NCBI GenBank assembly: GCA_963823035.1
Contig: CAWGKG010000004.1
Coordinates: 288,001-352,000 of the forward strand
Length of the DNA: 64,000 nucleotides
DNA from: an uncultured Gemmatimonadales bacterium
GTDB lineage: Bacteria > Gemmatimonadota > Gemmatimonadetes > Longimicrobiales > Gaopeijiaceae
Direction: 5' to 3'
Shown: piece after piece, positions 10,491 to 22,585 of the stretch
How the letters are laid out: every line of letters begins with the position of its first letter
How positions within the stretch are numbered: position 1 is the first letter of the stretch
Program-made: the position numbers and the translations under genes
The notes under the pieces: model-generated
Databases searched by the model: none
Seen by the model: the letters and a program-made list of their open reading frames with translations, nothing else
Told to the model about the DNA's origin: nothing

Positions 10491-10721
10491 TGGTGGGTGT
10501 GGGACGGTCCGCGCGCTTTCGGGCCGTTCGCCGGGGCGTACACGGCGCGCGGGGCCATCGGACAGTGGATCACGGTGCTGCCCGCCCTGGATCTGGTCAT
10601 CGTGCACAAGACGAACTCGGTGTACGGACGGTCCACGAGCTGGGCGTCGTGGCAGCGGACGATCGAGCTGCTCTTCGACGCGAAGGGCGTGAAGATGGAC
10701 GGGCCCTATCCCTGGGATTGA
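10491..10721 (+). pseudogene. C-terminal remnant of a serine hydrolase (beta-lactamase family)
   Basis: WWVWDG...AYTARGAIGQWITVLPALDLVIVHK is the AmpC-like C-terminal strand motif; SxxK region absent. Confidence 0.65.
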
Positions 10722-10904
10722 GCCCCCTCCGCGTTTCCCGCGGCACCGAAGTCGAGGAAGGTTGAGATCGTGGTGCCGCGGGCAGGGGGGCGCGGCACCG
10801 TGCAATTCGGCGCGGGTAGCAAGCGCCGGACCGGCGGCGGGAGGGAGCCGCGGCCACAATCCACGATAGTCCTCTCCCCCGGAGGAGTCCAGGCGAATGA
10901 GCCC

Positions 10905-11525
10905 ATGACCCCGAAGCACACGAGGTTCAGGTATCTGCGGACCCGAATGGCGCAGGGGTTCGTGGTGCTCGTGCCCGTCGTGGTGACGGTCTTCGTGCTT
11001 CGCTTCGCGTTCACGGCGACCGCGGGCATCCTCCTCCCGTTCATCGACCCGGCCGTCGCGAGCTGGCCCTGGATCTGGCGCGCGCTCCTTTCGCTCGGTG
11101 TGCTCCTGGCGAGCATCTATCTCCTCGGGGAGATCGCCGCGCGCACCGTGGGGCGAAAGCTCCTGGGCTACGGCGAGTCGGTCCTTTTGCGCGTGCCCTT
11201 CGTGAAGGTCGTCTATCGCGTTTCCAAGCAGGTGGTCGACGCCTTCCAGCGCCCCAGCGCGCGCGCCTTCAAGTCGGTCGTCTTCCTGGAGTTCCCCAGG
11301 CCCGGAATGCTGGCCGTCGGGTTCGTCACCTCCACGCTCACCCGGCCGGACGGCTCGGAGTGGAAGACGGTCTTCGTGCCCACGACGCCCAACCCGACCA
11401 CCGGCTTCCTCCAGATGGTGTCGGCCTCCGAGGTCGAGCAGACCGACATGACCGTGGAGGAGGGCGTGAAGATGATCATGTCGCTCGGCGTGCTCGCCCC
11501 GGAGCGCGTCGGCGAGAGCTCCTGA
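10905..11525 (+). CDS. DUF502 family membrane protein
   Basis: Two N-terminal TMs; RVPFVKVVY, FKSVVFLEFPRPG, VFVPTTPNPTTGFL, MTVEEGVKMIMSLG. Confidence 0.9.
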   Translation: MTPKHTRFRYLRTRMAQGFVVLVPVVVTVFVLRFAFTATAGILLPFIDPAVASWPWIWRALLSLGVLLASIYLLGEIAARTVGRKLLGYGESVLLRVPFVKVVYRVSKQVVDAFQRPSARAFKSVVFLEFPRPGMLAVGFVTSTLTRPDGSEWKTVFVPTTPNPTTGFLQMVSASEVEQTDMTVEEGVKMIMSLGVLAPERVGESS

Positions 11526-11542
11526 GCGGTCGCCGCCCCAGA

Positions 11543-12289
11543 ATGCTCCTCCTCCACGGCTTCACGGGATCGGGCGCGTCATGGCCCCCGGCGATCGTCG
11601 AAGGGCTGTCGACGCGGTCCCGTGTCCCCTCGACCCCGGACCTCCCGGGGCACGGGCGGTGGGCGGGCGAGACCGATCCTGTGCGCTTCACGCTGGCGGC
11701 GGCTCTCGAGGCGATCGGGGACGCGCAGGGCGGGGAGGCCGGTCCGGTCGCCGGCTACTCGATGGGAGGCCGACTGGCACTCGCCTACGCGGTGGCGCAC
11801 CCGGAGCGCGTGACGCATCTGGTGCTCGAGTCGGCGTCCCCGGGCCTCGCGAGCGAGGAGGAACGAGCGGCCCGCCGGGCGTCCGACGAGGCGCTGGCGG
11901 GTGACCTGGAGCGCGAGGGCATCGAGCCGTTCGTGCGACGCTGGGAGGCGCTCCCCCTTTTCGAGAGCCAGGACACCATCCCGGACGCGGTGCGCGCGGC
12001 GCAGCGTGCGCGCCGCCTCGCCAACGACGCCCACAGCCTCGCTGCGGCGCTACGCGGCCTGGGTACGGGCGCGTTGCCGTCGTACTGGGAGGCGCTGCCC
12101 GACGTACGCGTTCCCACCCTGCTGGTCGCGGGCTCCCGCGACGCGAAGTTCGTCGGCATCGCCCGAGCGATGGCCGCCGCGCTGGCCCGCGCCGACCTGG
12201 AGGTGATCCCCGACGCGGGTCACGCGGTCCACCTCGAACGCCCCGGAGCCTGGCTGGATGCCGTGCTTGGGTTCCTCGCGCGCGGCTGA
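11543..12289 (+). CDS. menH: 2-succinyl-6-hydroxy-2,4-cyclohexadiene-1-carboxylate synthase (alpha/beta hydrolase)
   Basis: LHGFTGS, GYSMGGRLAL, LESASPGL...ERAARRASD, PLFESQ, GSRDAKF, AGHAVHLE. Confidence 0.85.
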   Translation: MLLLHGFTGSGASWPPAIVEGLSTRSRVPSTPDLPGHGRWAGETDPVRFTLAAALEAIGDAQGGEAGPVAGYSMGGRLALAYAVAHPERVTHLVLESASPGLASEEERAARRASDEALAGDLEREGIEPFVRRWEALPLFESQDTIPDAVRAAQRARRLANDAHSLAAALRGLGTGALPSYWEALPDVRVPTLLVAGSRDAKFVGIARAMAAALARADLEVIPDAGHAVHLERPGAWLDAVLGFLARG

Positions 12290-12379
12290 GGCACGAAGTC
12301 AAGGCGCTGGCGCGAGACGCCCGAACGGATCCATCTTGGAGATCCAAGCACCCTCCCCCCTCCGGGTTCGACGATCCTC

Positions 12380-13552
12380 GTGAAGGTCCTACACAGGGGC
12401 GTAGCCCGCCCCTTGGCCTCGCTGCATGCCCTCGCCTTTCTCGCCCTCGCCGCGGCCGGCGGCGCGACCGCGCAAGAGAGGGGCGAGCCGAGCCTGCTCG
12501 AGGCACGCCTGCCGCAGATGCGCGCCACGGCGCGGCTGGAGGCGTCGGCGGACGCCGTCGACGATTCGCTCTTCAGCGTCGCCCGCCAACAGCGCGCGCC
12601 CGCGCTGGACGCGGCGTTCCAGGCCGACCAGGCACAGCGTGAGATCGAGCGGCTGCGCGCAGAGGCCCAGCTGGCCGCTTCCACCGCTCAACGCCGCACC
12701 GCGCAGCTCGTCGCGGCGATCCTCCTGGCCCTCGTCCTGATCCTCCTCTACGGGCGTCACGTCGCGAAGGGGCTCCAGCGCGAGCTGGAGACGCAGGTGA
12801 GCGCGCGCACCGCCGAGCTCTCCGAGGCGAACCAGCGCCTGAGCGACCTGAGCCTGACCGACTCGCTCACCGGACTGCGCAACCGTCGCTATCTCTTCCA
12901 GACGATCGAGTCGGAGCTGGCCGTCTCGCTAAGGGCCTACCGGGACTCCCGGCGGACGGGGGACATGCCCGAGTCGTCGGACCTCGTGTTCTATCTGCTG
13001 GACATCGACGACTTCAAGTCGGTGAACGACGAGCACGGCCACGCGGCCGGCGACCGCGTGCTCGAGCAGGTCGCGCGCGTGCTGGAGCAGACGGGCCGCG
13101 CCTCGGACACCGTCGTGCGTTGGGGAGGGGAGGAGTTCCTCATCCTCAGCCGTCAGGTGGACCGCCGCGGGGCTGCGGTCTTCGCCCAGCGCGTGCGGGA
13201 TGCGGTGCGCGACCACGTCTTCGTGGCCGAGGAAGGCGTCACGCTCCGGCGCACCTGCTCGGTCGGGTTCGCGCCCTTCCCGTTCGTCACCAGGGACCCG
13301 CGGGCCGTGTCGTGGGACCAGGTCGTCCGGCTGGCGGACCAGGCGGCCTACCTGGCCAAGCGCTCCGGTCGTGACGCCTGGGTGGGCGTCCACGCCAACG
13401 ACGCCACGCCGCCGGAGGCGGTGCGGGGGGACCCGGCGACGCTCGAACTCCTCGTGGCGGAAGGCGTCCTGGACGTGATCAGCTCGATGGACGCGGAGAC
13501 GCGCCGCCGGCTGCTGGGCGAACCCTCCCGGGGGGCGCGCCGGAACGCGTAG
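12380..13552 (+). CDS. membrane-anchored diguanylate cyclase (GGEEF) with very short extracellular region
   Basis: TDSLTGLRNRR, DIDDFKSVNDEHGHAAGD, RASD I-site, RWGGEEF; signal peptide and one TM. Confidence 0.9.
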   Translation: MKVLHRGVARPLASLHALAFLALAAAGGATAQERGEPSLLEARLPQMRATARLEASADAVDDSLFSVARQQRAPALDAAFQADQAQREIERLRAEAQLAASTAQRRTAQLVAAILLALVLILLYGRHVAKGLQRELETQVSARTAELSEANQRLSDLSLTDSLTGLRNRRYLFQTIESELAVSLRAYRDSRRTGDMPESSDLVFYLLDIDDFKSVNDEHGHAAGDRVLEQVARVLEQTGRASDTVVRWGGEEFLILSRQVDRRGAAVFAQRVRDAVRDHVFVAEEGVTLRRTCSVGFAPFPFVTRDPRAVSWDQVVRLADQAAYLAKRSGRDAWVGVHANDATPPEAVRGDPATLELLVAEGVLDVISSMDAETRRRLLGEPSRGARRNA

Positions 13553-13570
13553 CAAGCGCCGGGCGTGCGC

Positions 13571-14318
13571 TCAGTTCCCCGGAACGCGGCCCCTCGGGGC
13601 CCCTCCGGCTCGAGGCGCGGGCGGCACCTCGTGGGGCTGGCCGTCCTTCGTGGGCAGGTGGACGAGGGTCATCTGCCGCACCCGTTCGGCGCGTGCCCGA
13701 GCCCGCGTCCGCAAGCGGGCGCCCACGAGCAGCACGAAACCGGCCACGACGGCGATGAGCGGGTAGTTCCACTCGGTCCTCCCGATGGCGAAGCTGGCCA
13801 CGATGGTCCGGAGCGAGTCGGGCCGGGAACTTCAGGACGGGGTCGCCCGTGCGGAACTCCACCGAGTAGGTCGCCGTGTCGTAGGGGACCGCGGCCCGGA
13901 AGACCACGTATCGCACGCCGTTGTTCGGGAGCCGCCAGACCTCGCCCCATCCCCACGCCGGCCGCCCGTCCACCTCGATCTCCTCGAGCTCGCCGAACTC
14001 GGTGCGCTCTCCACGGGCGGCCTCGATCGCCGCGAGGCGTGCGTTCTCGACGTCCTGGATCCCCGTCGAGCCGGCATGCCCGTTGATGTAGATCCCGCTG
14101 AAGTTGCCCCAGGAGGCGTCGATCCAGGCGGCGTGGTAGATCGGGTCCCGCTCGGGGAACATGCGCCGGGTCTGGGACACGTCGTTCTTGATCGTGAACG
14201 CGGCGGGAGGATTCTGGATCTGCGGGCCCTGGAAGTTGGGGACCTGGCAGCCCACCGCCGCAGCGGCGGCACAGAGGACAGCGGGTCGACGGAACCAGCG
14301 CATGGGGGGAGCGGACAT
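13571..14318 (-). CDS. hypothetical lipoprotein with C-terminal TM helix (frameshift near 13830)
   Basis: AVGC lipobox; EVDGRPAWGW strand-rich domain; continues after the shift into WNYPLIAVVAGFVLLVG. Confidence 0.65.
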
Positions 14319-14559
14319 CACGGTTCTCCGGCCTCGGGGTATCTCTTCAAATACCGGCCTCGGCCCGGGTCCGACGCAACAGGTTGTGCGCCCGGCCCCT
14401 TCTCTCGCTTGGCGGACGATCCCCTCCCGTTCGGCGTCGCGGACGGCGATGCCACGGGCCGACCGAGTCCGTGAGCCTCCCCGGAGGGCACTCTTGCGGG
14501 GCGGGGTACGGGGCGGGACGTTGGACGCCTTCCACCGGATCCCAACGGAGCGAGCCCCC

Positions 14560-17500
14560 ATGCTGCGCCGAACCCCGATCGCCATGCTCGCGCTGGCCTG
14601 CGTCATCGCCACCGCGACATCCGCCCACGCCCAGTCCACCCGCCTGCTTCGCGAGCCGACGCTGAGTCGCACGCAGGTGGCGTTCACGTACGGCGCGGAC
14701 CTGTGGATCGCCGACCGCGCAGGCGGCGTAGCCCGCCGCCTCACCAGCACGCCGGCCGTGGAGTCGGATCCGCACTTCTCCCCGGACGGACGCTGGATCG
14801 CGTTCGCCTCCAACCGCTCGGGCACGCCGCAGGTGTACGTCGTGGGCGTCGACGGCGGGGAGCCGACACGCCTGACGTGGTACCCCGCGCCCTCCCAGCC
14901 CCGCGGATGGACCCCGGACGGCGCGCGCGTCCTCTACGCCAGCTCGCGCGAGACCGCGCCGGTGGGCTTCGACCGGCTGTGGACCGTGTCGACCACGGGC
15001 GGGCCTTCCACGCTCCTCGCGGCGCCGTGGGGTTGGGACGGGTCGTACTCGGCGGACGGGAAGCGCCTCGTCGTCGATCGCGTGACGCGGTGGGACTGGG
15101 AATGGCGCTCGTATCGTGGCGGACAGAACACCCCCCTGACCATCCTCGACCTGGGCTCCCTGGACGAGGTGCGCCTTCCCAACGAGCGGACGCAGGACCG
15201 CTATCCGGTGTGGGTCGGCGACCGCATCTGGTTCGTCTCGGACCGGGATTGGGCGAGCAACGTGTGGTCGTACGACGTCGGCACGCAGGAGCTCCGGCAG
15301 GTCACGCACTTCACGGACGCCGAGGTGAAGTGGCTGAACGGAGGCCCGGACGGCCTCGTCTTCGAGCAGGACGGGTGGATCCACACGCTCGACCCGGCCA
15401 CGGGCGAGGCGAGGAAGGCTCGACATCACGGTGCGCGGCGACTTCCCCTGGGCGGAGCCGCGCTGGGAGGACGTGGCCGAGCGGATCACCTCCGCGTCGC
15501 TCTCGCCCGACGGGCGCGCGGGCGTTGATGGCCGCGCGCGGTGAGGTCTTCACCGTGCCGGTCGAGCACGGCGACACCCGCAACCTCACGCGCAGCTCGG
15601 GCGTGGACGACCGTGAGCCCGTGTGGTCTCCCGACGGTACGCAGGTGGCGTGGTTCAGCGACGACGGGAGCGGCTACGCGCTGCTCGTCGCGCCGCAGGA
15701 CGGCCTCGGGGAGGCCCGCCGCATCCCCATCGGGGAGTCGAAGATGGCGTGGGAGGCGACGTGGTCTCCCGACGGGGCGCGCATCGCCTTCGTGGACGAC
15801 GACGTGCGCATCCGCGTCGTCGAGGTCGCGTCCGGGCGCGTCACGACCGCGGACGTGGGCGGCGCCAACATCGAGCGGGGCGGGATGGGGCTGGTGTGGT
15901 CGCCCGACTCGAAGTGGCTCGCCTACGCGAAGACCTTCCCGAACAACTTCCACCGCATCGTGGCCTGGCCGGTGGAGAACGGCACCGCCACGCCCATGAC
16001 CGACGAAATGGCGGACGCCCAGTCGCCGGCGTGGGACCGCGACGGACGCCACCTGTACTTCCTCGCCAGCACGAACCTGGCGCTCGGCTCCGGTTGGGCG
16101 AACACGAGCTCGATCCAGTCCTCGCCCACGTACGGCGCGTACGTGATGGTGCTGCGCGACGACGATCCGACGCCGTTCCCGCCACGGAGCGACGAGGAGA
16201 AGGCCAAGGACGAGGAAGGGGCGCAGAAGGAGGGAGCGAAGGACGCCGCGCCGAAGCCCGCGGCGGCGCGTGGCGCGGCGCCGTCCGACACCGGCTCCGT
16301 CGAGGTGCGGGTCGACTTCGAAGGCCTCGACCGGCGCATCGTCGCGCTCCCCATGCCCGTGGCCCGCTACTTCTCGATGACGGCGGGGCCGAAGGGCACG
16401 GTGTTCATCGCCGAGCGCGGGGAGGGCTTCAGCACCACGCTGCACAAGTTCTCGATGGAGGAGCGGAAGGCGGAGGACTTCGTGCGCGGGGTGAGCGCGG
16501 TGTCCGTGTCGGCGGACGGGAAGAAGATCCTCCTCCGGTCCGGCCGCAGCTGGCGCGTGGTGGGGACCGAGCGGGCGCCGACCGGCTCCGACGGGAGCTT
16601 CGACGTGACGCTGCGCATGCACCTCGACCGCATGGCCGAGTGGGCGCAGATGTTCGACGAGGCATGGCGCTACGAGCGGGACTTCTTCTACGACCCGGGC
16701 ATGCACGGCAACGACTGGAACGCCGTGCGCGAGCGCTATCGGCCGCTGGTGTCGTGGGTGCGCCACCGCGACGACCTGACCTACCTCTTCGACCAGGTGA
16801 ACGGGGAGCTGAGCGTCGGGCACAGCTTCGTGGGCGGCGGCGACTACCCGGACGTGGACACGTCGCGGGTGGGGCTGCTGGGCGCCGACCTCGTCGCGGA
16901 CGGAGGGCGCTGGCGCATCGGGCGCATCTACACGTACGAGAGCTGGAACCCGGGGCTGGACGCGCCTCTCGACCAGCCGGGGCTGCGCGTGTCGGAGGGG
17001 ACGTACCTGCTCGCGGTGGACGGCGTCGAGATCACGGCGGCGGACGACCCGTACCGTGCGCTCGACGGCACGGCGGGCCGGCAGACCGTCCTCTACCTCA
17101 ACGACCGCCCGACCATGGACGGGCACTGGACCGTGACGGTCGTGCCCGTCCGCAACGAGGGCTCGCTGCGTCAGCGCGCCTGGGTGGAGGACAACCGCCG
17201 CCGCGTCGACGAGCTCTCCGACGGCAAGCTCGCCTACGTGTGGGTGCCCAACACGGGTGGGGCGGGGGTGTCGTCGTTCGACCGCTATTTCTTCGCGCAG
17301 CAGGACAAGCTCGGCGCGGTGATCGACGAGCGCTTCAACGGCGGCGGCAACCTCGACGACTACATGGTCGACTACATGACGCGCACGCTGCGCGCGGCCA
17401 TCACGAACGAGGTGCCGAACGGCGCGCCGTTCACCCTCCCGCAGGGCGTGCTCGGACCGAAGGTCGCTCCTCATCAACGAGCGTGCGGGCTCGGGCGGCG

Positions 17501-17854
17501 ACTACTTCCCGTGGGCGTTCCGCCAGCAGAAGGTGGGGCCGCTCATCGGGACGCGTACCTGGGGCGGGCTGGTGAAGTCATCGACACACTACGCGATGAT
17601 CGACGGCGGCTATCCTGACCGCCCCGGACAACGCCGTCTTCGACCCCATCAACCACCGATGGGTCGCCGAGAACGAGGGGGTTCCGCCCGACATCGAGGT
17701 GATCCTCGACGCGAAGTCGGTCGCCGCCGGGCACGACCCGCAGCTCGAGCGCGCGGTCACGGAGGCGCTCCGCCTGGTTGCGGAGCACGGCCAGCAGAAG
17801 GTGACGCCACCGCCCTTCTCGCGGCCGTCCAGGCGGCCGGGGGGCGGACGATGA
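14560..17854 (+). CDS. tricorn-like S41 protease (PD40 propellers, PDZ); frameshifts near 15420, 15510, 17465, 17612
   Basis: Signal peptide; [10 protein letters not shown] repeats, [30 protein letters not shown], catalytic AGSGGD, RTWGG, DPQLERA. Confidence 0.92.
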
Positions 17855-19435
17855 GCGTCGCCGCGGGCGCGGCCTTGCGGCTCGTCGCCGCTGACGCTCG
17901 CCGCTCCTCCTGGGGCGCCCGGCGGCCGCCGGGGCCCAGGCCGGCCCGCCCAGGGACCTCGACGACTACGTGCGCCGGGTCATGGAGCGCTTCGAGGTGC
18001 CCGGCCTGTCCGTCGCGATCGTGAAGGACGACAGGGTCGTGCTCGCGAAGGGGTACGGGGTGCGCAAGCTGGGCGGCAGCGCGCCGGTGGACGCGAAGAC
18101 GCTCTTCGGCATCGCCTCGAACACCAAGCTGTTCACGGCCACGGCGCTCGGCATCCTCGTCGGGGAGGGGAAGCTGCGAGTGGGACGCGCCGGTGGTGCG
18201 GTACCTCCCGGACTTCGCCATGTACGATTCCTGGGTCACGCGCCAGATGACGGTGCGCGACCTCCTCGTTCATCGGAGCGGGCTCGGGCTCGGGGCGGGG
18301 GACCTGATGTTCTGGCCGCCCACCGACTTCACCCGCGCGGAGCTGGTGGAGCGCCTCCGCTACATCCCGCCGGCCACGAGCTTCCGGAGCGCCTACGCGT
18401 ACGACAACGTGCTCTATCCGGTCGCGGGCGAGGTGATCGCGGCGGTGAGCGGGATGGGCTGGGAGGACTTCGTCTCGACGCGCATCCTGAAGCCGGTCGG
18501 GATGCGCGGGTCCGACGTGCGCCTCTCCGATCCGGGCGTCGGTCCCGAATGCCGCGTCCACGCACGCCCGCGTCGACGGCGTCGTACGACAGGTTCCGCC
18601 CTATCACGGCGACGCGGTGAACCCGGCCGGCGGGATCTTCGCCAACGCCGAGGACATGGCGAAGTGGGTCATGGTCCAGATGGACTCGGGGCGGGTGGCC
18701 GGGGGCGACCGGGTGTGGGATCCAGCCGTGACGCGGGAGCTGTGGAAGCCCGTCAGCCCGATGCCCTTCGGCGACCCTCCGCGCGAGCTGGCGCCGCTCC
18801 GGCACTTCTTCAACTTCTACGCCCTCGGGCTGAACGTGCGGGACTACCGCGGCGAGCGCGTGCTCACGCACACGGGTGGTCTGCCGGGCTACGTGTCGCG
18901 CGTGACCATGGTGCCCGACCGCAAGCTCGGGATCGTGGTGCTCACCAACCAGGAGTCGGGCGAGGCGTTCGAATCGATCACCTACCACATCCTCGACCAC
19001 TACATGGATGCGCCCGACTTCGACTGGCTCGCCGGATTCGCGGCCGTGAAGGCGCGTGGTGACTCGGCGGTGGCCGCGGCGGAGGCGAGCACGGCATCCG
19101 AGCGGGACGCCACATCGCGGCCTTCGCTGGCCCTGGACCGCTACGCGGGCACGTACCGGGACGCGTGGTACGGCGACGTCACGATCGAGCGCACGGGCGA
19201 TCGCCTCGTGATCCGCTTCTCCCGGTCCCCCGACCTGGTGGGCGACCTGGAGCACTGGCAGTACGACACGTTCGTCGCTCGGTGGCGCGACCGGTCGTTG
19301 CGCGCGGATGCGTTCGTGACCTTCGCGTTGAACCCCGACGGCTCGATCGAGCGCGCCACGATGAAGCCGGTGTCCCCGGCGACGGACTTCAGCTACGACT
19401 TCCAGGACCTCCTGCTGAAGCCCGTGCGGCGATAG
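17851..19435 (+). CDS. serine hydrolase, beta-lactamase family with DUF3471-like C-terminus (frameshifted)
   Basis: FGIASNTK (SxxK), [33 protein letters not shown] overlap with the tricorn stop. Confidence 0.88.
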
Positions 19436-19462
19436 CGCTCCGGGCCGGCGCGTTCCGACGCC

Positions 19463-22229
19463 TCAGTCCGCCCGCAGCGCCACGCTCGGGTCCATGCGGC
19501 TCGCGCGGCGCGCGGGCAGCCATGAGGCCAGGAGCGTGACGCCCGCCACCACCGCGAGGGCGCCGACCCACGTGGCGGGGTCGGCGACACCCACGCCGTA
19601 GACCAGCCGGCGGAGCCAGCCGGCCGCCACGGAGCCTGCGACCATCCCGAGGAGGGCGCCGAGCGCGCCCAGGCGGAAGCCGCGCATCAGGACGGTGGCG
19701 CGTACCCGGGTGGTCGTGGCGCCCACGGCCATGCGCACGCCCAGCTCTCGCGTCCGGCGCCCCACCTCCCACGCGACCACGCCGTAGAGGCCGAGCGCCG
19801 CGGCGAGCAGCGCGAGCGCGGCGTACGCGGAGAGGAGGATGAGGCCGAAGCGCGTCGGAGCGAGCGCCGTGTCCACGTAGGTGGTCATGGGCAGCACGCC
19901 CCAGACGGCCAGGCGAGGCTCCACCCCGTGCAGGGCCCGGCGGACGGCCGGCGCAAGCGAAGCCGGGTCGCCCTGCGTGCGCACCACGAACGAGACGTCG
20001 CGCGACGCCTCCTGGCGGTAGGGGACGTAGATCGTCTCCCGCGCCGGCGTCGCCAGATCGTCCTGGCGCACGGGCTCCACCACGCCCGACGATGCGCGCC
20101 TGGACCGCACGCCCGTCGAGGGGGATGCCGATCGTCGCGCCCAGCGGCGGACCCGTTCGGCGCGATGCGCGCCGCCAGCCCTGCGTCGACCACGGCCACG
20201 CGCCGGCGTTCGTCCAGGTCCTCGTCGGTGGTGAACCCGCGCCCCTCCAGGAGGCGGGTGCCGACCGCCTCGAAGTACCCCGAGGTGACCATGCGGAAGT
20301 CCGCGCGACGCGCGCTCCACTCGGACACGGCCTCACCGGGGAGCCCCCACGGCTGCGTCCAGCCCCGACCCGACAGGGGGAGCGCGCTCGTGAGCCCCAC
20401 GCTGCGGACACCGGGCACGTCGCGCACGGCTTCCTCCAGCGCGCGCACCAGGCGGGCGCGCTCGGCGGGACCGCTGTAGGCGCCCGCCACGCGCACCGAG
20501 ACGTCGAAGACGAGCGCGCCTTCGGCGTCGAAGCCCGGATCCACCCGGCGGAGCGCCTCGGCCGTTCGCAGGAGGAGCCCCGCGCCCAGGACGAGCACGA
20601 CCGACACCGCCACCTCCGCCACGACGAGGGCCTCCCGCGCCCGACCTCGGTCGAAGCGACCCTGGAGGAGTCGGGCCGCAGGGCTCCGTTCCGGCCGATG
20701 CAACCCCGCCTGGAAGACCGAGAGGCAGGCGAGGAGCAAGGCGACGCGCCGCCGGTGGCCGCGAGCACGAAGGCGAGCGGCACGCCGGGTGGGTCGACGG
20801 CGAAGCGCGCCAACGACAGCCGGGAGGATACGCCCGAGCGCCCGTGTCGCGCCCCACGCCACCAGGAGCGACGCGGTACCGCCGAGCAGCAGCAGGAGGG
20901 CCCGCTCGAGCAGGACGGAGCGAAGGAGCCGCCAGCGCGTGGCACCGAGCGCCACGCGCACCGCCCGGTCGCGCTCGCCCGCCATCCCCCGTGCCAGGAG
21001 GAGCGCGGCCAGGGAGAGGCAGGAGACGAGGAGCACGCCCTGCCGCGCCCGCGAGGAGCGACACCAGGAGGGGCCGCGCGTGGGCCGTCGCGTCGGCGTG
21101 CAGGGGCTCGGCTTCGAGGCCGAAGCCGGCGGACGCGTACCCCGGCACCTCGGCGCGGAGCGCCGCGGCCACGCCGGCCAGCTCGTCCCGCGCCCGGGCG
21201 AGCGTCGCGCCCTCGGCCAGCCTCGCCACCACGGCGCCCGTGTTGTCGGAGTCCTGGTCGACCAGGCGGCCGTCGGCCCGGACGAGGTCGGAGAGGGGGA
21301 CACGCAGGGGCACCCAGACGTCCACCTCCGTGCCGATGCCGGCCGAAGGCGGAAGCTCGAGCCTGAACCCGGCGGCGACGACGCCGAGCACGACGACGGG
21401 CTGACCGTTGAGGAGCACGGTACGGCCCGGAAGGTCGGGATCCGCATCGAAGACGCGGCGCCATGCATCGTCCGAGATCAGCACCGCCGGCGGCGCGGGG
21501 CCGTCGGGCGTGGGGCGAGGCGCGCCGGCATCCTCCTCCAGGAAGCCCCGCCCGCGCGCGACACGGCACGCCGAGGACCGCGAAGAAGTCCGGCGTGACG
21601 CCCGCGACGCGGCAGTGCTCCTGCGTGGCCGCCTCGGTCGCGGCCAGCGTACCGTCGGTGCTCCGCCCCGTGAAGGCCACCCGCGCCAGGGAGGTCACGC
21701 GCTCCGCGACGACCGCCGCGTCGGGCGCGGACACCGGAAGGTGGTGGGTCGAGCCGTGCGGGTCGCCCACACGAGGACGAGCGCGTCCGGGCGTCGCGTA
21801 GGGAGGGGGCCGGAGGAGGATCCGGTCCACGATGTCGAACACCGCGGCATTGGCGCCGATTCCCAGCGCGAGCGTGCCCACCGCCACCGCCGTGAAGCCC
21901 GCGCCGCGCAGGAGGGAGCGAGCCGCGAAACGCGCGTCCTGGCGCCATCCCATCGTCCACCTCCCCCGTTCGGCCGGGCCCGTCCGGGCCCGGCGCCCCA
22001 TGTCTCCTCACGCGCAGTGACGAAACCCGGTGCGGACCAGCGGCGCCCACTCCGCGAGCGTGCAGCGGAGGAGCGCCGCCCGACCGCGCCGCGAGGCGGC
22101 CGTGAGCTCCTCCTCGACCGTCGCGAGGAGTGGCGGGCCGTCGCGCTCCCTGGACGCTGCCGGCCAGACGCGAAGCGCGCCGGCCACCCAGCGCATGGCC
22201 CGGCGTACCTCGGATGCGCGCTCGCCCAT
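19463..22229 (-). CDS. MacB/FtsX-like duplicated ABC permease with N-terminal prefix; multiple frameshifts
   Basis: [25 protein letters not shown] (from 21953), [42 protein letters not shown]; starts just after padR. Confidence 0.85.
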
Positions 22230-22234
22230 CCCCC

Positions 22235-22579
22235 TCAGCCCACGCCGAGGGAAGGAGGCCGCGGTCCCGAGCCAGCCGCAGGAGGTCGGCGAGCCGGGCG
22301 GCCTCCGCGCGCGCCACCGCCGCCTCCCTCCTCCGTCAGGCGGTAGTACCGGCGGCGCGGGTCCTCGTCCAGGGAGCGGCCGCCCGGGGCCTCTTCCACC
22401 CATCCGTCGTCCTGCAGCCGCGCGAGCGCGGCGTACACCGTGCCCGTGCGAAGGCGCTCGCGGCCGGTGCGTGCGCGCAGCTCCTTCAGGAGGGCGTACC
22501 CGTGCAGCCTCTCGCCCTTGAGGGCGACGAGGATCGAGAAGGCGAGATCGGTGAGCGGGAGGGAAGCGGAGGGATCCAC
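22235..22579 (-). CDS. PadR family transcriptional regulator (probable frameshift near 22325)
   Basis: ILVAL..LHGYAL, TGTVYAALARL, RRRYYRLTEEG. Confidence 0.9.
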   Translation of the reverse strand: MDPSASLPLTDLAFSILVALKGERLHGYALLKELRARTGRERLRTGTVYAALARLQDDGWVEEAPGGRSLDEDPRRRYYRLTEEGGGGGARGGRPARRPPAAGSGPRPPSLGVG

Positions 22580-22585
22580 GGGCTA

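Noticed and set aside
10742..10776. GGCACCGAAGTCG...GGTGC resembling a tracrRNA 3' hairpin
   Set aside because: Short match only; no cas9, anti-repeat or array.
17851..19435. Beta-lactam resistance gene
   Set aside because: SxxK protein with a DUF3471-like tail is typical of peptidase/esterase-type serine hydrolases; resistance cannot be inferred.
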